DNA of 64,000 nucleotides, taken from the IMG/VR virus record IMGVR_UViG_3300028048_003227, positions 32,001 through 96,000 of that record. One strand, given 5' to 3'. A model generated the notes under the pieces. That model ran no database searches and was not told where the DNA came from. It saw only the letters and a program-made list of their open reading frames with translations. Shown piece by piece: positions 49,136-59,500 of this stretch; the stretch's first letter is position 1, and every line of letters starts with the position of its first letter. A program made the position numbers and the translations under genes. This DNA is from a virus. Taxonomy: Duplodnaviria; Caudoviricetes.

Positions 49136-49298
49136 TCAAGTCACACACCGAACATCAAAGACTTCACTAAATATAGTGGGGTCTTTTGTTATTTATATGT
49201 GAGTGTAAAACTCGCGTATTTTGCGCTTGAAACAGGTGAGATAATAAAATGGTTATCTTTTTTGTATAACTTTGTTAAAACGAGATTTAGATAGCAAA

Positions 49299-49928
49299 AT
49301 GAAAGGATTAGTAGATAACTTTGAACTCTTGGGTAGATACCTATTCGAAAAACGCACTCCCCTTACTGAAGATCAGTTCTATTTTCTTCAGATTCTTGTG
49401 AGAGGAAAAGATGGAAATCATGTGTGTGGCAATAATAAAAATAGACTTGTTAAATACTATGTGATTCGATCCAAGGAACAGTTACTCGGGTTGAAAGATG
49501 AGATAGTTGGTATATGTGGAGTTGTGAACGGTCGTGCATATATTCATCCAACTCGTAGGTCCTTAAAGGAGGTTGCTAATCGAGCTCTTGAAGATACTGC
49601 ACACACCTTTGTGTCACAGAACTGGATTGGATTGCGAGGTGTTTATTCTACTGCAGCGGGCCAGTCTTTTGTGAGTAGCGATAAACAGTTTATAGTAGAT
49701 CTGGATGACTTCACTTATGATCAAGCAAAGGAAGTGTTTGATTTTGTAAATACACTTCGTGGTAGGAAAGACGACATGGGCAACATCTCACAAATAATCC
49801 TTCCAACAGTACATGGTTATCATTTGATTACCAATGCGTTTGATGTTGGTGAGTTTACGAAGAAATACCCGGGGATTGATATTCATAAAAACAATCCAAC
49901 TCTACTGTATTATAAAGCAAGTAAGTAA
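49299..49928 (+). CDS. Phage protein with AEP/primase-like motifs
   Basis: 'FIVDLDD' (DxD) and 'PTVHGYHLI' (GxH). Confidence 0.45.
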   Translation: MKGLVDNFELLGRYLFEKRTPLTEDQFYFLQILVRGKDGNHVCGNNKNRLVKYYVIRSKEQLLGLKDEIVGICGVVNGRAYIHPTRRSLKEVANRALEDTAHTFVSQNWIGLRGVYSTAAGQSFVSSDKQFIVDLDDFTYDQAKEVFDFVNTLRGRKDDMGNISQIILPTVHGYHLITNAFDVGEFTKKYPGIDIHKNNPTLLYYKASK

Positions 49929-49972
49929 ATATTTGGAGTGTATTTGGTAAATAATATCAAATAAGATAAGTT

Positions 49973-50407
49973 ATGTCTCAAGAAGAAAAGCAAATATTAC
50001 TTAAAGACCTTAGTGCAAGATTGCTTTATGGAGTGCAAGCAAAAGTTGATGGACATAACAATCCTTTGCGGATTTTAGGCATAGAGAGATTGAACAAAAG
50101 CACATGGGCGTGGAAGAAAGGGACTTATGTGGTATCATTTTGGAATGATACAAAATGTATAGACCAAGTTAAACCATATCTCCGCCCAATGTCAAGCATG
50201 ACTGAGGAAGAGAAGAAAGAGTTTGATGACTTTTGCGTCATAGATGAAGCAGCCTGGAAAGGAAATACTGAGGTTGGTTATAAAAATCAGGCAGTTATAA
50301 TGTCGGATGGTATTGATTGGCTTAATGCTCATCACTTCGACTATCACAATCTTATAGGAAAAGGATTGGCTATAGAAGTGCCTGAAGGAATGTATTCAAT
50401 CAAGTAA
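49973..50407 (+). CDS. Paralogue family B, copy 3
   Basis: Three conserved blocks. Confidence 0.7.
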   Translation: MSQEEKQILLKDLSARLLYGVQAKVDGHNNPLRILGIERLNKSTWAWKKGTYVVSFWNDTKCIDQVKPYLRPMSSMTEEEKKEFDDFCVIDEAAWKGNTEVGYKNQAVIMSDGIDWLNAHHFDYHNLIGKGLAIEVPEGMYSIK

Positions 50408-51124
50408 ATATACAGTTCATATTTGTTAATTAATATCATAAAATAATAGAGTATGGCGTTTATATCATGTTCCAGACCTAAAATTGGTGATTGGGTTATC
50501 ACAAATAAGAGACACGAATCAATGACAGGCATTTTCACAGAGGGGTCAAAAGTTAAAATAATTGACATTGATTCCATACGTGGATATTCGATAGAAGATG
50601 AATACGGTAATATAATGTATGAAATTGGTTGGAAAATATAAAACTGAATAGAAATGGAAACAATTAAACATTGGAGTGAAGCCATTAACAAATGGGAAGA
50701 ATACAAGAACACCCATACTAAAGAGGAAATAATAGCCGACATGGAAGAGTTTTTCTCTCTTGACAGAGATGGTGAAATATCTAAGATGATGGCCTATGTT
50801 TATTATGATATACATTCTTTTTGATTATGAGAACAATTAAAGAAAGGGGCTTTGCTTTTGAAGCTCCCAATGATATGTATAAAAATGAATAGACTATGCT
50901 AAAAAGATTTCTCATAAAGCATAATATTATAAAAGATTCTTTCTACATAGAGGCGTTTGTTTATGTAGACAAAAAGACTGGACTGACTTGTGATGCATCA
51001 GATACTATTAAGTGGTTACAGCCGTTCTGTATTCATTGTTTCTATAAAGACAAAGATGACTTTGCCTTTAAGATGTTACATTACAAGTATCCCGAATACA
51101 TTGGATATTTAAATCTATACTAAA

Positions 51125-51502
51125 ATGACTAAAGAAGAAAAACAACTGTTACTCATAGACCTTTGCGCGAGACTGCCTTATGGGATTATTGTGCATATTC
51201 ATGATATTGATGTGGATGATTATGATAGGCAGTTAATTGGAGAAGATTTAGACTTTATTGAACTTGATAGAAGGAACTGTAAACCTTATCTCCGTCCTAT
51301 GTCAAGTATGACTCCTCAAGAATGGTGTGACTTGTGTGACTGTAGGATTGAAGATGATAAAGCGGCCACCATTATAAATGGACATAGATTTGTCTCTCAT
51401 GTAAATGAAGAGGGTTTTCTAAACTCACACCACTTTGACCATCATAATCTCATTGAAAAAGGTTTGGCATTAGAATCACCTGAAGGAATGTATAAGGCAT
51501 AA
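51125..51502 (+). CDS. Paralogue family B, copy 4
   Basis: Three conserved blocks. Confidence 0.7.
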   Translation: MTKEEKQLLLIDLCARLPYGIIVHIHDIDVDDYDRQLIGEDLDFIELDRRNCKPYLRPMSSMTPQEWCDLCDCRIEDDKAATIINGHRFVSHVNEEGFLNSHHFDHHNLIEKGLALESPEGMYKA

Positions 51503-52083
51503 AGTTATACAAATATGATAGATAAATTTGAAACACTACGCCCAGAATCTTTAACTGCGACAAACTTATATTGCTATGACGAACCTTATGCTTATTGGTT
51601 GTCTGCTCCTGAGTATAATGTATATGAATGGGTATTATATAAAGAATACAACGATTACGAGTCAGTTGTTGGAAACGGCGGATTAAAAGGTGTGTCTTAT
51701 GAAGAATTAATGAATAGTTTTAGAACTTATAGCTTTTACGATAACATAGACAGAGAAATGCTATGCAGAACATTTAGGCAACGTTCTTTGTATGATGATT
51801 CTTGTGATTTTGAAGATTTTATAGACGAATAAGATTATAAAACCGAATAGAATATGACAGCATTAGAAAAATTTCAAGAATTGCCACATATAACTTATTT
51901 ATATGAAATATTATCCGACTGGGGATATGCACCCACCCTATATCATTTTGACGGAATGTGGCATGTATCGTGGATTCACTGTGAAGAAGGCGATAGCTTG
52001 GATGACTTTAGTGGTTCTACACCAGAAGAAGCGATTGACAAGGCATATAAATGGTTTCACAGTAAATTTAGTAATGATTAACT

Positions 52084-52560
52084 ATGATTACAGAAGATTA
52101 CGTCAGTTTTGAAACCGCAAAACTCTTGAAGGAAAAAGGATTCAAGGAATGGTGTCTTAAGTGCTACGGTATTGCGGTGCTTCACAATGGGCAGGATATC
52201 AGTTTTGATGAAGAGCTCGATTTGAAAGATGATGGCAGGGAGAACGAAATTGAGTATATAGAAGGCGGCAGGCTCTATGATTTTGGATGCAATAACCGAG
52301 ACAAAGATGCGAATGTGTGGGCAGCTCCGACATTGTGGGTTGCAATGAAGTGGCTGATGAAGAATTATGATATCTATATTACAGCTGTCCCCAACGGCAT
52401 TGGAGAAAATGTGTTCTATATGGGCATTTACAAAAAATATGATTATGGATGGACTTACATAAGTGATTGCCTTGATGAAAAATATAAAGAAGCAGAATTT
52501 TATACACCAGAGGAAGCCTGTGAATCAGCCATTAAGTATTGCCTTGAAAATTTGATTTAA
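52084..52560 (+). CDS. Paralogue family A, copy 4
   Basis: Three conserved blocks. Confidence 0.7.
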   Translation: MITEDYVSFETAKLLKEKGFKEWCLKCYGIAVLHNGQDISFDEELDLKDDGRENEIEYIEGGRLYDFGCNNRDKDANVWAAPTLWVAMKWLMKNYDIYITAVPNGIGENVFYMGIYKKYDYGWTYISDCLDEKYKEAEFYTPEEACESAIKYCLENLI

Positions 52561-53003
52561 TGACGGCTATGCGCAAGACAAAGAATAAAAACCAAAAGAA
52601 ACGTCGCAGAAGTGGCAAAAATATTTTTTGGCTCGTTAAAAGTAGGAGAACCAACGAGTTAATACTATTTTCAAGGAAGCCATACCTTATGCAAATGCCA
52701 AACGGAGACGTTCAGTGGTTTAGCGTCTATTCCGAATGCTATCCAAATGTTAAGGTGGCAAAAAGAATGGAAATTGACGACAAATCTCCTATTATGGTGA
52801 AATTGGTGGTGTGTAACAATGAGCCGGATATGTACATTCAGCGATACAAAGATTGTCTGTTCATCCATAGCTGTATTCACACATACTATATTGGCGGCAA
52901 AGTAAAAGCGACAGAAGTCCCGCATAGTTTCAGAATTTCTAACAAACTTTTTCCCGATGTCACAGAAGAAAGCGGAATTGTCGGAATTAAAATAGTGTCT
53001 TGA
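52560..53003 (+). CDS. Hypothetical protein flanked by 19-bp direct repeats
   Basis: CTTGAAAATTTGATTTAAT at 52543-52561 and 52999-53017. Confidence 0.6.
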   Translation: MTAMRKTKNKNQKKRRRSGKNIFWLVKSRRTNELILFSRKPYLMQMPNGDVQWFSVYSECYPNVKVAKRMEIDDKSPIMVKLVVCNNEPDMYIQRYKDCLFIHSCIHTYYIGGKVKATEVPHSFRISNKLFPDVTEESGIVGIKIVS

Positions 53004-53018
53004 AAATTTGATTTAATT

Positions 53019-53507
53019 ATGATAGCTGAAGATTACGTGAGTTTCGATACTGCTAAACTATTGAAAGAGAAAGGGTTTAAGAATTGGTGTGATAAGTGTT
53101 ATGGCACTGCTTTATATCATAAAGGTGTACCAATCAGTTTTGATGACGAATGTGAACTGAAAGACGAAGGATTTGAAGATGAAATTGAATATGTTGAAGG
53201 TGGGTATCTTTATGATTTTGGGTGTGACAACAGAAAGGAATATGCAAAAGTATATGCAGCTCCAACTCTTCAAATGGCAATGAAATGGCTGAGGGAAGTG
53301 CATAATATAGACATCTCGGTAGTTCCACATTCTCATAAAGAAGGCAAAACATTTGGATACGAGTTTGTATATTGGAATGGTGCCGAATACCATATGCCGT
53401 ACAGCGAACAATATCCAACATATCATGAATTGTTTGGAAAAACTTGGGAAAAATATGAAGAAGCTTGTGAAGCGGCTATTAAATACTGTCTTGAAAAATT
53501 GATTTAG
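53019..53507 (+). CDS. Paralogue family A, copy 5
   Basis: Three conserved blocks. Confidence 0.7.
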   Translation: MIAEDYVSFDTAKLLKEKGFKNWCDKCYGTALYHKGVPISFDDECELKDEGFEDEIEYVEGGYLYDFGCDNRKEYAKVYAAPTLQMAMKWLREVHNIDISVVPHSHKEGKTFGYEFVYWNGAEYHMPYSEQYPTYHELFGKTWEKYEEACEAAIKYCLEKLI

Positions 53508-53509
53508 TT

Positions 53510-54307
53510 ATGAATAAAGAAATAGAAATCCCAGAGGGTTACGAAGCCCGAATTGAGGACAACAAGGTTGTTCTTATACCGAAAGAGAGTGAGGATGATA
53601 GGATAAGGAAAGCGATTTTGGGGCTAACTTATCTTGATGGAATTGAACCAGTCCTTACAAAGTGCTCCATAACGGCAAGGGACATTCGTACCTACCTCGA
53701 AAAGCAGAAAGATATTCTGCGAGAAAGAGCACAAAATATCACAACCAATATGCTTGAAGATAGAATCGAAGGCATTCAGCGCGAATTGATTGAGTTCTTA
53801 TCCAACACTATAAATGCTTCTTGGGTTGATATTATTAAGTCTGTCGATTCTTATGCGGAAAGGATTAAAAATATCATCGAAAAGCAGAAAGAGCAGAAGC
53901 CAGACAATCCATGTGATGGATGCAACAATTACAAGGGTTGTATCACTTGTGTGAAGGGAGACCAGTGGGCACATATAGAAGAGTGTAAAAACGGAGCAAT
54001 TGTTCTTGAGGACTTTAATGGAGGTAATGGTTTTTATAAACTCAATCTCGATTATTTAAGTAAAGAACAAGTTGAAGAGATTGAAAAACTTGTTGCTTTG
54101 TGGAATAGTAAAGAGCAGAAGCCCGTAGAGTGGAGCGAGGAGGATGAAGACACATATGAAAGAGTGTATTGTTTGTTTAGAGATGCTCTCGATAAGTGGT
54201 ATGAGTGTGTTTTTGCGGGATGTTATCCAAAGATAACGAAAAAGAAGGTTCTTGCTATGCTCAAATCTCTTTATCTTCAACCTCATTGGAAGTCGAGCGA
54301 TGAGTAG
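53510..54307 (+). CDS. Modular phage protein (ESEDxRIR / EKQK / WSEEDE); may extend to 54400 through two TAG codons
   Basis: Repeated EKQK/EQKP modules. Confidence 0.65.
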   Translation: MNKEIEIPEGYEARIEDNKVVLIPKESEDDRIRKAILGLTYLDGIEPVLTKCSITARDIRTYLEKQKDILRERAQNITTNMLEDRIEGIQRELIEFLSNTINASWVDIIKSVDSYAERIKNIIEKQKEQKPDNPCDGCNNYKGCITCVKGDQWAHIEECKNGAIVLEDFNGGNGFYKLNLDYLSKEQVEEIEKLVALWNSKEQKPVEWSEEDEDTYERVYCLFRDALDKWYECVFAGCYPKITKKKVLAMLKSLYLQPHWKSSDE

Positions 54308-54637
54308 ATGAGGTAGTTGTATTATGCACTAACTCCAGGCTATGTATTTGATCGCTATATATTAAATGAACTATACGAACAACTTGAGAAATTGATATAA
54401 AAAACAGGAATAAATATGGATAATTATAATAGAAAACTTTATCTCATAAAATGTGAGGATTATGACGATAAGATGGTGGTCGCTGAAAATATGGAGGAGG
54501 CGTTGAATAAATATAGGGAGTATATTCGTAAGAATCTTCCTTTTAATTGCTCGGTAACTTATATTTTCAAAAAAATTACTTCTTGTGAATATATAAGGGA
54601 TTACGAAGAAACTGATATTATCATCTAAAAAAACGAA

Positions 54638-55183
54638 CTAGTCATCTTCTAGTTCGTTTTGCATTGATTTAATAAAGTCTTTCGTTCCTCTGAATGTTGA
54701 TTTGCTTGGTTGACCTTGTTGTTCACCATCACCTTCACCCTTACTAGGTTGTTCTGAGGAAGTATCGAGGGGGAGTTCAAGTTGGATATTTTTAAGCATA
54801 GAGTTAATATCCTTTATCTTATCACTCAAGTCAGCTGTAGTGGAAAGGATAGTTTTTTGAATATCCGATAGTGATCGATATAGAGATGCGTTACTACTAT
54901 TCTTACTAATAGCACCCAGGAGAATGTCATGAGCTACCTCGTCGCTTTTTCTCATCTTTAATAATATCCTCAAACTCTCAACTTCGGTTTTAAGACGAGT
55001 AGCGAATTTCGGGTTGTTTTTCATAAACTCAGGATCAGTATAGATGTCTTTCAGGTTCTCCACAAGATCTATTGCTTCTTGTAGAGAATCTGAATCAATT
55101 CGGTCGGTGTCAATAGTAACGATATCTTCTTCGTTATCTATTAAATCCGAAGGATCGAAATCTGGGTCACCTGGTCTACTCAT
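54638..55183 (-). CDS. Hypothetical protein (possibly virion or packaging related)
   Basis: 181-aa ORF in a minus-strand operon. Confidence 0.55.
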   Translation of the reverse strand: MSRPGDPDFDPSDLIDNEEDIVTIDTDRIDSDSLQEAIDLVENLKDIYTDPEFMKNNPKFATRLKTEVESLRILLKMRKSDEVAHDILLGAISKNSSNASLYRSLSDIQKTILSTTADLSDKIKDINSMLKNIQLELPLDTSSEQPSKGEGDGEQQGQPSKSTFRGTKDFIKSMQNELEDD

Positions 55184-55855
55184 TTACTTCTTGCTTGTAG
55201 TTGTTTTCTTTTTCTCATCTGCTCCTTCACCACTACTTAGTTTATCGGAGATATACTTTTTAATAGTTTCTCTTACAGCAGATTCAATATCCTTAATAGA
55301 TATCTTATCAATATAATATTCTATAATATCAGATTTTTTTACTCCCATCATATCTATAAGCATCTTAATCTCGGATTCTGGAAATGATCTCCAGGCAACC
55401 TCACCTTTGATACTAGGTTGACTCTTCGATCCGAGCGCCCTGTTGATGATGTCAAAATCGCCTATAGAAGGTTTACCCGGGGCAGCAGATATTGTCATAG
55501 ACGTTGCGTTATTGTGTCTTATCGGAGTACCAAAGATATTATCATCGGGAATCAAAAGACTATTCTCTTCTTCCCCTTCTGGCCCTTCCAGTTCAGAAAG
55601 TATATTAGCCGGGAGGTTATTTAATTCATTTTTAGGAGTTGGATTTTCAACAGGAACGTCATTGGGTTTATCCGTATGAACGTAGTTCTGTAATACATTA
55701 TAATTGAGTATACGGCCGTCCGCGGCCTTCACAAGTAAATTATTATCTTCAAAGAAAGTGTCAATCGCGTTGAACTTATCTCCGGTCTTAGGATTAACCC
55801 ACCATCCAGTAATCTGTGGACCATCCATTCCAAACGTCATTCCATTATGTATCAT
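55184..55855 (-). CDS. Hypothetical protein
   Basis: 223-aa ORF. Confidence 0.55.
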   Translation of the reverse strand: MIHNGMTFGMDGPQITGWWVNPKTGDKFNAIDTFFEDNNLLVKAADGRILNYNVLQNYVHTDKPNDVPVENPTPKNELNNLPANILSELEGPEGEEENSLLIPDDNIFGTPIRHNNATSMTISAAPGKPSIGDFDIINRALGSKSQPSIKGEVAWRSFPESEIKMLIDMMGVKKSDIIEYYIDKISIKDIESAVRETIKKYISDKLSSGEGADEKKKTTTSKK

Positions 55856-55858
55856 ATG

Positions 55859-56461
55859 TTAATCAAAATATTTTTCGTATAAAGGTAAGTATTCAGGGTG
55901 TTCAATGAGAGTTAATACAATACAAGCAACACGACCTGGTTCTTCATTAGAGAAATAAATGACCCTGGAGTTGGGTACTGAATAGACGGACTTACCAAAC
56001 ACAGCTATGTCCCTCATCTCTATTTCCTCTCTCTCAGCAAATCCGTAGGATCGTCTTTCGAGAAGGTATCTCTCATGGCGATTATGTTTATCACAATCAA
56101 CCCAAAAGATAACTATCTCTTCATCACGAAATGCTTTTTGTGGAATAGCTATGAACTGATCAGCGGACAATGCAAATACCTGGTTATTGTCATAAGTCCA
56201 TAAGGATAATCCCTCATAGTATTTATATGATTTTGATGTTGCCGACGACTCTAACTCTTGTAAGAAGAGATATGCTTTATTCTCAAACATCTCATTGATG
56301 TCTTTAGTGGACATTAATTCGTAATTATATGAGTTATATATCTGGGGTGATGCTGACTCAATATTTGAAAATAACCTACCTACACTCACCCCTTGTTTTT
56401 CAAGGATATCTAAAATCTCCTGTTTACCACTACAATGTAGCCCTACTATAAAAAACTTCAT
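55859..56461 (-). CDS. P-loop nucleotide-kinase-like protein
   Basis: N-terminal 'FIVGLHCSGK' Walker A; 'R.ER' lid-like segment. Confidence 0.55.
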   Translation of the reverse strand: MKFFIVGLHCSGKQEILDILEKQGVSVGRLFSNIESASPQIYNSYNYELMSTKDINEMFENKAYLFLQELESSATSKSYKYYEGLSLWTYDNNQVFALSADQFIAIPQKAFRDEEIVIFWVDCDKHNRHERYLLERRSYGFAEREEIEMRDIAVFGKSVYSVPNSRVIYFSNEEPGRVACIVLTLIEHPEYLPLYEKYFD

Positions 56462-56536
56462 CTATTCTAAAACTATTGTTGTATAAAGAATAGATGAAGT
56501 TTTTCCAATCATTAAGGAATTTATAAATTATTTTGA

Positions 56537-59500
56537 TTAACTTGTTGGTTTGTTAATTGTTTTTACTGCTTGATCTAATCCATCAGTAATAATAGTTCTA
56601 TCAAACTTCGAAATTGTCTTTCTAATTTCACTAATCGAAACCCCTATTTCACTAATGGCATTAACAAGTCCCTTGGAATCAACAGTAGTAACTGTCTTAC
56701 CATCCTCACCCTTGGATGTCTTAACCATTGCATCAGCACCAGTGACAGCAGATATACCGGATACCTTATCACCAGTATCTTGGAGTGTTTTATTAGTATC
56801 TGCGAGAGATGACTCGGTGTTTTTAAGTGTGGAGTCAATCTTCTCGAGAAGTGGAGTAATCTTATCATTAAGAGTATCTGCAAGACCTTCGAAGTTGCCG
56901 TGGATGCTCTTTGAGAACTCAGCCATCTTCTCAAACATCTTTGCTGTCTTTTCAATATTCTCTACCTTAACAGTATTTACCTTATCTACAAACCTAACAT
57001 AGGAATCGATCGCTCTATCGAACTGTCCCTGATTATTCATTTCACCAATCTTCGACATATATTCCACTGTCTTTTTGATTTGCTTCATGAACTTCTTGGT
57101 GAGTTCGGCTTTTTTAATGTCGCTCTTTTCTACATTAGAACCTTTGATGTGATTAATAAGAGAATTAGCAGTTCCAATAACAGCATCGACTTTTTTCTCA
57201 ACAGTATCTCTGTTAATTTTGATTTTTTCAAGATACTGTAAATTTTTTGCAATCAATGTTATCATCCCTATGGTTAGGAATGTCATTGCGACAAATCCAA
57301 ATGTGAGAATACCATCAACGATATTTCTAATACCTCTAAACACATCCCCTAATCCTTTAAAGATCGTTCCGAATAATCCTTTCTTTTCATCATCAACACC
57401 ATTAATCTTAGGATTTTCTCGACCACACACAGCCTCTATAATTTTTAACGCAGTACCTATAACAGTATCAACAGTATCTTCAATATTAGTAGGATTAAGT
57501 TTTATATCTTCAAGTAAAGATAATTCTACAGCAGTAAGAATTAATAATGTAACTGTTACAAAAGTGAGTGCAATGAACGCAAACGCAAGAATAGCTTCAA
57601 CTATTATTCCAGCAGATCCAAATAATCCCGTTATTATTCTTCCAGTCCACGTTTCTGGTTTCTTACCACCCTTTACATCAGCAGCGGCAGCATCCATGAA
57701 TGATCTTAATATAGATATACTTGTCTCTATAACAAGAGTTGCATTTATTTTTGCATTAGTAAGATCTCCCGGGTCGATACTCGCGAGAATCATAAGTGGA
57801 ACTATTAAAATAAGTAATGAAAATCCTATTAATGTCATAGCAGCAGCACCAACCACTGCAAGAACTAATAATGGAGTAACAAGCCCTATTGCAGTGAAAG
57901 CAATCGCAACCACTAATATCATACCAATAAATGAACCGATTGCTGACATTTTTATTTTTTGTGTGGTGTCTGATATATTTACAAACACTTTGGCCATTAT
58001 AAATAATGTTAATGCAATAGCTATAAGCATTAATGTTGATATAGATATTTTATTTAATGGAAGTAATGATATTGCAAGAATAGCGAGAATAGCTAATGTC
58101 ATACCACCAATAATAGCAAGCATACTAACAGTGGCCGTTGCAATTGCAGCAAATGTTAATGAAGCTGCTATAAATAACAAGAATATCTTTGCCATTCTAA
58201 ACAACAGTCTTCCAACTGCACCAAATATTACCGTCGATTTAGCGATTTTTTCACCTTTGTTAGATAAATAATTAGCCAACCACACAACTAATATGAGAGC
58301 GACACGCATTAATAACAACGCCGGTATGGCGAGTGTAATACCGAGCAAGTTCATCCCAATTAATGTCATAGCGAATGATATAACCACAAGAAAACCAGAT
58401 ATTAACATTATTATTTTGGCGACATTCCAAATCTTTTTTGTTGTGATACCTCTTTTTTCTATAGTAGTATTTATATCATCGATGATTTCTAGTAACCTAT
58501 TCAACCATTTTATTGCCTGAACACCCCTTTTAATATAACGTTTTCTTCTACCGATAATAGCGAGATTAAGTGTGATTATATTAAGTAATACACTTATTAC
58601 GGTTAACATTAAGATGGGTTTAATTGATTTTATTATATTTGCTGTATCCTCAGGTGTTATAGATGATATTATTTGAATAAGGCTCTTTTTCTTACCTATT
58701 CCTAAAAATCCATTAGAACCCAATAATATTAATGATGTAGCTTTTAAACCTCTTTTTATATTTTTATAATTTTTACCTGCATAACTAAGAGACGTATAAA
58801 CAACAAACATCATAGTTGTAAGTAAAGTTATACTTGCAACAATTTTTATAGAATTTATAATTTTATTTGTTTTTACTTCTCCTAATTTAGTAAATACATA
58901 TGTTAAAGATTTTATTCGAGAATCTTCACCATTTAATAACATCATCTCCATTAAAATTAAACCACCGATGATTTTAATTTTATTAGATCCGATTGTTATA
59001 AGAGTACTAATAATAGGTCTTAAAAGTAATGAATATGCTAAGAATGAGGTTAATAAAATACCAGTAATCGCTAATTTTTTCACACGAGACATCGTCAAAG
59101 ACCTCGATCTAGTCATTATGTCAAGCAATCCAGGAATATCTCGTGTAAACAACCCCCCACCATATTTTCCATCATTTCCGTAGAGCATCACCCACAAAGT
59201 GGTTAATCCTCTTTCAATATACTTACTATTTTCCCCTATGAAATTTAATTGTTCTGATATAGGAGCCATTAATTTAAAAACTATGTTAAAATACCCGGTC
59301 ATTGCAATCAATGAAACCAGTGCTTTTAAAATAGGCCCGACACCATATGTTTTTGATCTAAATTTTTTAGGTATTAAATATGATTTTGTTAAAGTACCGG
59401 TGAATAACAACTCTCCTAACTGAATAGCTCCAACAACAGTATCTATATATATTCCAAATATAGTTTTTATTGCTCGTCTGGTTTGTCTCCTAGCTTTCTT

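Noticed and set aside
30224-53507. Diversity-generating retroelement as the source of family A/B variation
   Set aside because: No reverse transcriptase and no near-identical TR/VR pair with adenine-specific differences; the variable segments differ in length
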